A stretch of 64,000 bases of DNA from assembly GCA_951406725.2 (NCBI GenBank), contig OX597822.1, positions 63,426,001 to 63,490,000 on the forward strand, written 5' to 3'. The notes below the pieces were generated by a model. It made no database searches. It was not told the DNA's origin and worked only from the letters and a program-made list of their open reading frames with translations. Source of the DNA: Octopus vulgaris (taxonomy: Eukaryota). Shown one piece after another: positions 25,601 through 36,800 of this stretch (position 1 is its first letter; each line of letters begins with the position of its first letter). The translations under genes and the position numbers were made by a program.

Positions 25601-28600
25601 TGGTTACAGGGACATAAATCATCACTAGTTATCTAGTGATGGTGAGACAAAGACCCCACACACACACGCATGCATATATCATCATCATTATTGTTTTAAC
25701 GTCCACTTTCCATGCTAGCATGGGTTGGACTATTTGACTGAAGACTGGGGAACCAGATGGCTGCACCAGGCTCCAATTTGATCTGGCAGAGTTTCTACAG
25801 CTTATGATGTCCTTCCTAATGCCAACCACTCTGAGAGTGTAGTGGGTGCTTTTACATGCCACCAGCACGAGGGCCAGTCAGGCGGTACTTGCAACGGCCA
25901 CGCTCAAATGGTGTTTTTTGCATGCCACCTGCACAGGAGCCAGTCTAGCGCACTGGCAATGACCCCACTCTAATGCTTTTTTTCATGTACCACCAGCACA
26001 AGCGCCCGTAAGGCGACAATATATATATATATATAGAACCCGTGGAAGAGGTAGACCCAGGAAAACCTGGGACGAGGTGGTGAAGCACGACCTTCGAACT
26101 TTAGGCCTCACTGAGGAAATGACCAGAGACCGAGACCTTTGGAAATATTCTGTACGTGAGAAGACCAGGCAGGACAAGTGAGCCCAGCCCACTTATGAAT
26201 GCCTTTCCTCCCTTGGACACAAAGACCGGTTGAGGCAAGCGAAGTCGATATAGAACCTCATCCGACGACAGGCACCCATGCCAACCCCCCATGCTTGCGA
26301 AGACATGTTGGGGCAAGCGAAATCGAAACCGAATTGAACCAGCCAGGATCCCTGGCCTGGTGGTACGTAAAAAGCACTATCCGACTCGTGGCCGTGGCAC
26401 GTAAAATACTCCAATGCGACCGTACGACAGGCACCCATGCCAACCCCTTTGCTTGTGAAGACATGTTGGGGCAAGCGAAATCGAAATCGAATTGAACCAG
26501 CCAGGATCCCTGGTCTGATGGTACGTAAAAAGCACTATCCGACTCGTGGCCGTGGCATGTAAAATACTCCAATGCGACCGTACGACAGGCACCCTTGCCA
26601 ACCCCCTTTGCTTGTGAAGACATGTTGGGGCAAGCGAAATCGAAATCGAATTGAACCAGCCAGGATCCCTGGTCTGGTGGTACGTAAAAAGCACTATCCG
26701 ACTCGTGGCCGATGCCAGCACCGCCTCGACTGGCTTCCGTGCCGGTGGCACATTATATACACCAATCTGACCGTGGCCGTTGCCAGCCCCGCCTGGCACC
26801 TGTGCAGGTGGCACGTAAAAAGCACCCACTACACTCACGGAGTGGTTGGCGTTAGGAAGGGCATCCAGCTGTAGAAACATTGCCAAATTAGACTGGAGCC
26901 TGGTGCAGCCTTCTGGCTTCCCAGAACCCCGGTCGAACCGTCCAACCCATGCTAGCATGGAGAACGGATGTTAAACGACGATGATGATGATGATGATGAT
27001 GATGATATATATAATGGGTTTGCACACAGTTTCTGTCAACTAAATTCACTCACAAAATATTGGTTGGCCCAGAGCTATATAGTAGTAGGCACTTGCCCAA
27101 GATGCCTTCCAGTTTAGAACTGCATGCTTGAGCATCTAGTCATATTTTGCAAGCATGTGCTTAACCACACAGCCATGCCTGTCTCTGTATTATTTCTCTC
27201 TCTTTTTATTTTATTTTTTTTACACTGACTCAGAAAAATTTAGTAATCACTGAAGTTAAAATTCTGTTATTGTTTCTGTTGATTAATTTCAGAGAAACCC
27301 TGCCAATCTCTTGAAGAATCAGCTCGAGAATATCAAATGAAACATGATGTCAGAACAGAATACAAAGAGATTGAAGTAAAAACTGGTGAAGAAGATGAGT
27401 CCAATGTTTTACAGGTAATATTCCTTGTTAATTCTTATTTCATTATGCTGATTAGATTTTTCAATATTCGGGTGGGCTATCTGAAAGATGTTTGTATTAT
27501 GATTCCTTTATGACTATGAAACTTTTTGGCATGGTCATTTTGATATCACTAATTCTATGCTGACTTATTTGACATCAATACAGGGGATGTTATGTCAAGG
27601 TGTCAAGTTACCGAAACCTGAACTGAAGGTTTGCAACAGAGTGGGCTCCACTCAAAAACCACTGAAGCTCTTTTGCCAGCCACCTTCGTTCCTAGTTATT
27701 GATGCTAGCTGATCTGTGGATATGAGATGTTTTGGCACTGCCTGTTTGACGTCACTGAGTCAATGTTGACTTTTTTGTTGACATCTGATATTTTAGTGTT
27801 TCTCTTGTCTTCCCTCTCTTTCTGTTTGTGCATGCGAGCATCTAGTCATATTTTGCAAGCATGTGCAATCTCTCTTTCTCTCTCTCTCTATCAATTTACC
27901 TATGTGTGTATTTCTCTGTGAGCATGCATGTTTGTGTTTGCCTCAGTACCAGAACATGGTTACCAAAACAGGTTCTATATCCAGTCAACCATGCCAAATT
28001 GTCAGCATCCAAACAACAAGCCCAATTGTCTAATTCTGCTGATCAGTATTGTTTCTTTAGCAAATAGTTTGTAAAATTACAGTGTGCCACATACTGTAGA
28101 TTGACCATGCAATTTTATTATAATTTCCTATACTTTTTCCTCACAATTCTTGCTTTTGTAGGGTTTTATCCTTTTCAAGAGAGTTCTAAGTAGGGTACTT
28201 CTTGAAAGCTCTACTTTTTACGCTTTCTTCCCTCATTGACAACAAAATTTACAATTGATGATAATGCAATAGTGACTGGCTGTCACCAAACTGTCAACCA
28301 CCTCCTATTGACTGATGGAAGAGTAACCGAAAAATAGGTCAATTGTAGTGTTTTCCTTAACACTGCTTACTATGGGAGTTGCCACTGACTCCCCATGCTT
28401 TATATTTACCATGGGAGTCATCAGTGACTCCCAAGGGGAATGTTTTTTACCGAGCCTCACATTACTGTGGTTCAAACTACATCGTTGAAATTTTAGGAAA
28501 TATACAGAACCCATCTCTGTATTTTTTTGGATTGTTTTCAGTTTGAATCAATAGAAACTGAGGTAGGACCTAGTCAAAAAAAAATACCTTTCATAAGTAA

Positions 28601-31600
28601 GATAGTGCTGCTATGTATGCTTTGTTATAATACAGTTGTAATGTTTTACTGGAATATAGTATAATTTCAAATAAAATTAAGAAAAAGAACTACCCATTTG
28701 CAGTTGTAAAGCTCAAGTTATAAACTAAAAGAAGTTATTCTTAGAAGAATTGTAAAACCACAAATGTAGGTATAGTAGACATTTAGACCCTTTTTAATGT
28801 GATTTCCACAATACAGTATGAACATATATTCTGTGCCATGGGTGTCACCATTGACACTCTGACTGTAAATCAACCTGGTAGTGTATATAGTGAACTAGAA
28901 TGTATATATGCTCTTTTACTTGTTTTCAGTCATTTGACTGTGGCCATGCTGGAGCACTGCCTTTAGTCGAGCAAATCAACCCCAGGACTTATTCTTTGTA
29001 AGCCTAGTACTTATTCTATCGGTCTCTTTTGCCGAACCGCTAACTGATGGGGACGTAAACAAACCAGCATCGGTTGTCAAGCGGGACAAACACACCAGCA
29101 TCGGTTGTTGGTGGGACAAACACACACACACATATATGACAGACTTCTTTCAGTTTCCGTCTACCAAGTCCACTCACAAGGCTTTGGTCAGCCCGAGGCT
29201 ATAGTAGAAGACACTTGCCCAAGGTGTCACACTGGGACTGAACCCAGAACCATGTGGTTGGTAAGCAAGTGACTTACCACACAGCCACTCCTGCGCCTGG
29301 TTAAAAAATTAAAAAAACACATAATTTATAACAAAATTAGACCACTAGTACAAAAGAAAATATGGCACCGAATGAACTTGATAGGCAACATGTTAACCCC
29401 TGAGTATTTAAATGTGCCATATCTGGCTTCTCACATGTATACTACAGTGTCATTCTGAACATAAAATCACATCATTGAAATCTTGAAGCTATGAGAATAT
29501 GCACGATGAACCCTTAAATGGCGAGCATCAGCAGTTGATTTCTTTTTAAAATTTTACATGGATATGGTCATCACCATTTGATGTCCAAGTGTCTACTTTG
29601 TCAAATGCACATAAGCCTAAGGGGCCCTTACTGATGACGGAAATCAAGTTGCAAACAGAAAATTTATACAGAAATGAAGTGGGGGTTTTTTTCTGACTTT
29701 CTCTCATCATCAGATGAGATAGATGATGATGACAATGACGAACAATGTACATTGTTTGACAACAGCCATGAAGGGATCTCAAATGATTTTATGCTCACAC
29801 CAGATGTAGAGGATCATGGATATTTTACAGCACTTTTCACTGATGAGATTGTAAATGTTATTGCGTGAGAGATTAAAAATTATTATAGCTTTTTTTTTTA
29901 TAGCTATTCAAAATTAAAATAAGTTTTAAAATTAGCCTTAAGAAAAAGATATCTTTCGTGTATTTTGCCTGTTTTGTGCATACATTCTTGCAATCTTTTC
30001 CTGCCGTTTAAGAGATAATTCAAAACAATGTGAATAAATAAGCTTTACATTTGACAGAGTAATCTGAATGCTAAAGGGTTAATGATGTGAAGGCACATGG
30101 CTCAGTGGTTAGAACTTCGAGCTTACAATCGCGAGGTTGTGAGTTTGAATCCTGGACCGGGCTGTGTGTTGTGTTCTTGAGCAAGACACTTTATTTCATG
30201 TTGCTCCAGTTCACTCAGCTGTAGAAATGAGTTGCAATGTCACAGGTGCCAAGCTGTATCGGCCTTTCCCTTGGATAACACTGGTGGCGTGGAGAGGGGA
30301 GGGTGGTATGCATGGGTGACTGCTGGTCTTCCATAAACAACTTTGCTCGGACTTGTGCCTGGGAGGGTAACTTCCTAAGTGCAATCCCATGGTCAGTCAT
30401 GACCAAAAGGGGGTGGGTCTCAGCAAAGGCTAACGATAATAATGTAAATTATTGTGTATATTCAGATTGTTCTGGAAATGCTTACAGTATATTTATAAGA
30501 TGTATTTAAGGAGTATTTAACATAGATTATGTAATTTGTATTTTGTATGCGTGATGAAGAGATATTTAAAGACTTTATTTATATTTTCTTTTTCCAGTCA
30601 AACTGCAAATTATTTGTATTTGACAAACCTACCTTGGTGTGGATAGAGCGAGGCCAGGGAGTTTTACGGTTGAATGATTTAGTGGGAAATGACTCAGAAA
30701 AATTTCAGTCCCGATTAGGTGAGTTGTGACAACCATTGCTCCAGGTTGTTTTACATTTCGCATTCTTATTTTTATGTCTAATTCTGTTGTCTTGAGACAG
30801 TCATTATACCAATGATAAACATATGCACTGGTTCCATTTCATTTCTTATTTGTTAATTGGTTAACGAATTAACTAATTGATTGTTTGATTAATCAGTGAC
30901 ATGCCCTCTGAAGCAGACTTGGAATAGAGAGGGGTTTTATCATTGATGAGGTTATAAATGGCGATAAAAGGACTTTGACAAACCTTATTAATAATCAACT
31001 GAATGATTAATCAGACTATAGATTAGTAAATTGGTTAACCAACTGACAAATGAAGAAGTGAAATAGAACCAGTGCATGTGTTTATTATATTGGTGTCATG
31101 ACCCTCCTGAGATAAAATTTTTTCAACACATGAATTCACGTCAAGAATCTTGTAAACCAAATACTAAAATGAAATAATTTTATGGATAATTTTTCTTGAA
31201 TTGCATCTGATCAGTTAGGGAGGGAGACAACCTCAGATATGACCATCAAACATTAGAATATAATTCTGAATGAGTTAGTATTAGTAAATAGTTGTGAGCA
31301 ATCCAGAGCTTATTATGATGTACATAGTTTAGCTTTTAACCAGTATTTCCAGTATGCTTCTAGTAACCAAATAATACTGAAAAATTATCCATTTAACTAG
31401 CCTGCTTATTTGCATGTATTCTTTTAATTATCCTTTCTACTATAGGCACAAGCCCTGAAATGGGGTTGGGTGCCAGTTGATTTTATCAATTCCAATGCTT
31501 GACCGGTACTTACTTCCAGTGGAGCAGGCTCACTTCATTTCTTTCCAGTCTTCACAAATCTGCTTTATTTAAAGGGTCACATCACACTATCATGTTACAT

Positions 31601-33799
31601 CAGGTTTCATACACAATCATATAATCTGCCTTTCTCAAGGAGAAGACTTGGTTGCCATGTGAGATTGGGATTTTTTTGTAAGTCCACTCTACCGAGTGGT
31701 TGGTGTTAGGAAGGATATCCAACTGTAAAAACCATGCCAAAACAGACATAGAAGTCTGGTGCAGTCTTCTGTCTAGCCAGCTCCTGTCAAACTGTCCAAC
31801 CCATGCCAGCATTGGAAGGCAGACATTAAATGATGATGATGATGATCTTCCAGCCTGTTCATGCCTTAGCTTATCATCATCATCATCATTGTTTTAATGT
31901 TCACTTTTCCATTTTGTCATGGTACGATAAAATTTATAGAAGCATTTGTTTTGTCTTTTTTTTATGCTTTGGTCTAATGCTCATCCTATTGTCAACCCTC
32001 ACTGGTGTCCAATACACTCTATACATCTGTAAAGTGGTTGGTACTAGAAGGGCATCTGGTCATAGAGACTCTGTCAAAATGACACATGAGCACCAGTCTA
32101 TGAGAGTTGTGGATCCCAATAAGAATTGTAAAATAATGATGATGATGATTATCATCATCATCATCATTTAACATCCACTTTTTCATGTTGGCATGGGTTT
32201 GATGGAATTTGTTGAGGTAGATTTTCTATGGCTGGATTCCCTTCCTGTTAACAACCCTCATTTGTTTCTAAGCAAGATAGTAATCTCCCATTGTTAGACT
32301 TGTTTTTCACAAAAGACTGGGAAAAAAAAAATGAATCCCACTTGTATGAGGATGATGCTCATTTACAACCATCATGTGATGCCTAGACAAGAGTATATAT
32401 ACTCACATACACGACAGGCTTCATTCAGTTTCTATCTACCAGTTCCATTCATAATGTACTGATGAGCCTCCTCAGTGCGACATTCATCATCATCATTACC
32501 ATCATCATTTAATGTCTGCTTTCCATATTGGCATGGGTTGGATGGTTTGATGTGGAACTGGCTAGCAGGGTGCTCTCCAGACAACAACTGTCTGTTGTGG
32601 CATGGTTTCTATGGCTGGATGCCCTTCATGATGCCGGTAAGGGCACAGATTTTTAGCTACGTAATTGCAATGCTAACTTTTTAAGCACATGTATGTTTTT
32701 ATGTTAAATAATTCAGAAAATGTTAACTATCTTCTCATACCTTTTGTTGTCATGTCAGTTAGTTGACACCTCTCACTTGCAGTTTCTTCATACTCTGGTA
32801 TTTTGACTCACCGAAAAACCCTCCCCCCCCCTGACATTCCATGTTAGTTGTAAATAGATGTTATTGTCGTACAATCAATGTCCTTTGTTTCTAATCTTCT
32901 ATAAAAACGTATCTGGTCATGGGGAAATATTACATTACTTGGAAACAGATAAGTGTTGGCAACAGGAAGAGCATCAGGCCATAGAAAATCCACCTGAACA
33001 AAATCCATCTAGCCCCAGCAAGCATGGAAAAATGAACTTTGAAACGATGGAGAATTAAAAGGTTATTTAAAAGTGTGACAGGTGTTTGTCATAGCCATCA
33101 TAAATATGTTGCTTGATTCATTCATTCATTGCTATCGTAATCAATTTACCAGCACAGGTTAACTCACAAGTTTCTGTGGTTTTTGTTGAAAAAAAAATAA
33201 ATATGGAAAATTAAAAAAGAAAAAAAATTTTCACTGTGTAATTCTCTATTATAAAATATTATAAATTATTTGAAGAGTTGCTGTTGTAAACTTTGAACTT
33301 TATGTACCCCCAAAGGTTGTGCATGTTTTGTTTAGACTATATACCATGAACCCATGATATAATAGCAGAAACAGTTCAGGTTTTGATAAAATGTCTACCC
33401 ACTCCCTCTCTACCAATCAACCCATCAGATGTGTTGTGATCTAATCTCTAAAACACATAATTTCTGCATTTCACTGTTTCTCTGTGAATTGTTTTCTTAA
33501 ATTTATCCGTTTGACAGCTTTTCAAAACAGCTGTAAAAAAAAAAGAAATGAGTTAATTTCATATTGTCAGGTTGCAACGGAGAGAAAGGGAGAGGGGGAG
33601 GGAGGCAGGGTGGGTGGAAAAGAGAGAGGAAGGAGGAGGTGGAAGAATGCATTATGCTAGAAAGTATGTCTTTCGTTATTCTAAGGTGCAAATTTGAAGA
33701 GATAATTGCTAGACTTTGATTTTCTATTTTTGTCTGCTGTTTGAAGGCCAACCAAAGCCTTGTGAGTGGATCGGTAGATGGAAACTGAAAGAAGTTCAT

Positions 33800-33834
<35 letters not shown>

Positions 33835-36800
33835 GTGTGTGTATGTTTTTGTCTCCTCTTGACATCATGTGATAGTTGTGAAAAAGTGTCACTGTCATAG
33901 AATTAGTGTCATTTATTTTCCAATCATCATCGTCATCGTTTAACGTCCACTTTCCATGCTAGCATGGGTTGGATGGTTCAACTGGGGTCTGGGAAGCCCG
34001 AAGGCTGCACCAGGCCAGTCAGATCTGGCAGTGTTTCTACAACTGGATGCCCTTCCTAACGCCAACCACTCCGTGAGTGTAGTGGATGCTTTTTATGTGC
34101 CACCGACACAGGTACCAGACGAGGCTGGCAAACGGCCACGCTCGGATGGTGTTTTTTATGTGCCACCGACACAGGTGCCAGCTGGATGCCCTTCCTAACA
34201 CCAACCGTTCTGAGAGTGTAATGGGTGCTTTGATGTGCCACTGGCATGGGTGCAATTTGCATGACATTGGTGCCTGCTACGACTGATTTTGCTCGGCTTG
34301 CTGGGTCTTCTCAAGTACAACATAATGCCAAAGGCCTTGGTCTTTGCCTCCATGAGGCCCAACACTCGAAAGGATCTTGGCCACTTTACCTCCATGCGGT
34401 TCAGTGCTCAAAAGGAACTCAGCCACTTTGTCTCCATGAGGCCAAACATTCAAATGTTGATTTTTCAATTTCTGGACTGGGCAATGCATTGTGTTCTTGA
34501 AAACAATAACTTCATTTTATGTCGCTCCAGTTCACTCAGCTGCCAAATATGTATAATCCTGTAAAGGACACGTCCCATCCTGGGGGAGAAAATATATATT
34601 GAGTCTCTTTGACTTGGGAAGGATGTTTATCCTTTTTATCCAAGGGGAAATATTACCTTACTTGGAAACAGGTGAGAGTTGAATTACAAGAAGAGCAGGC
34701 ATCCAGCTGTAGAAAATCTGCTTGACCCATGCAAGCATGGAAAAGTGGATGTTACAATGATGATGAGTTGGATGCTCTTCATGTTAATCATAATATGACC
34801 ATGAAGTAGGATTGACGCATGTGTTCCCTTCTTCAGCAAGACACTTGTTCCTGTCACTCTATCATACTTTCACATCCTACGATACAATACCTCACACAGT
34901 TGAGGGTGTCTTGTCTTATGAGTATTTGGTTATCTCACTAACTTGTTGTTATTCTCTGTTTTCCTTTTATACTGATAAGAATGCTGAATATTGAGAGGTA
35001 ATTAAGAGAATAGGCAGTTTGTAATAAGATCTGTTTGAAAATAGTTTTAGACATGCAAAAGGATTTTTTTAAGTAATCTGATGTTTATTACTGACATTCT
35101 TTTTGATATTTTTGTGGTTAATCTAATCTGTGCTTCTATTATACATCAGTAATGAGATCACAAGGAAGTTTACGAGTGATATTGAACACTAAAATCTGGA
35201 CAGGAATGACCGTGAAAAAAGCCAGTCAGAAGAGTGTACGACTAACTGCCACCGATGGTGATGGAGTTAAAGTATTTCTCATCGTAGTAAGTATTTAATT
35301 AATTAATTGTCATGAAAATCCTAGTTGTTATTTATACCAAACCCCACTTATGCATTCTCTTTATTCAGAGGTTTTCCTTTCATCAGTTTGTACCTTTTGA
35401 TCATTAGCTAAAGCTCATTTAAATTTATTGTAATTATAATTAAAAGAAAATTTTCTTTGCATTGTTTTTTTCCCATTTGGTTTACTCTCACCATATGTTA
35501 ATTCTGCTCTTTGTTTCTCTTAATTGTAAAACTTAACAGGGCTGAACTTTTGTTTCAGTTGTGAATCTTTTCATTTTAGTTTACCTGAATGTACTGATTT
35601 CATTTCATTTCTTGAGTTGTATTGACTAAATATAGACCCAGTTTATACACATGTTGGCTGTATGTGTGATATATACACACACACACTCAGTTCAGTTGTA
35701 AGATGTGTAATGCTGTTAACATGATTCCTCAGCTGAGTTATCTTGATCTTAGATTTTTCGTTTGAAAGAAATAACTCTGCTTGTTGGATGTCTTACAGAC
35801 TAATTATTCAGATGATCTGTGTTTGACAATGTTGATATGGTTCTGGATCTAAAACAGAGTGCATGTAATAGCTATACTTAGACTGAATGGTGTTTCTGAA
35901 GACTCAAAAGATCACGATAGTCCAGTTCTTAAACATATACCCTTATGAACTTGAATTTACTGTCAAACAGTCTTCACAGCAAGAGTAAATATGTTTATGG
36001 ATACATAAAAAAATGTCTGTTTTATATTATGTGATGAAAGAAGGATTTAAATATGTGTTGTTGAAACAATTCTTAAAAGTAATGATTTAATGGTTAGGAT
36101 ATTTGGCTCGCAATTGTAAGGCGGAAGATTTCAATTCAAAACTTATGAAAACAAAACATTTGTACTACAGAGCCAGAGCCGGTTTCAGCCAAGTTGGTAA
36201 CGAAAGGGTTAATTCAATTTAAGCTTTGCCCCTTAAAGACAAAGTGTCCATTTATAGCTTCTGTTCTAGGTGATTGAGTTTGAAGATCAAGTGTTATTTA
36301 TAATGAAGCTGTAGTGTTTGCTGTATTAATATTATAGACTAGCATGAATGTTATAAAACATTCCTTTTGCCAACTGCTATCATAATGTATGTTATCAGGC
36401 TAACCCTAAAGACAGTGACAACATAATGCGAGCCATCGAATGGAGGATACAACAATTGAAAACTGAAGAAGAGGAACTTGAAAAACGAAATGCATCCAAA
36501 AGAAAATCAGAATCTCAAGACAGAGTTTCCCCTAAGAAACTAAAGTAGGTTGTTTTCAAAACTTTTATAGACATCTTATGAAATATTCAATTTATTTTAC
36601 ATCATAAACGAAGTTTTATTTTTTAAATTTTTTCTAAAGATTTTCATGTGTTGTCACAATTTTCATGGAAACTTTTTTTTCTTTGTAGGAAACTTCCAGA
36701 ATTGAGTGCAAGTGTTTCTTCTGTGGAATCAAAATCAATCTCAAAAGAAGAATCTGATAGTAGTGTACTGGACCCTGAGACAGAAGGTGAAGGAAGACAT

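Noticed and set aside
26377-26958. Recurrent short ORFs such as MFLQLDALPNANHS... and ...YQIHSQGFGRPEAIVEDTCPRCHAVG
   Set aside because: Translations of RTE 3' UTR and SINE A copies; they recur because the repeats do, with frames broken at random.
30089-30165. tRNA-like sequences (also at 5328, 6556, 36994, 38420)
   Set aside because: A/B boxes are present but no full cloverleaf could be built, and each runs into a SINE body.
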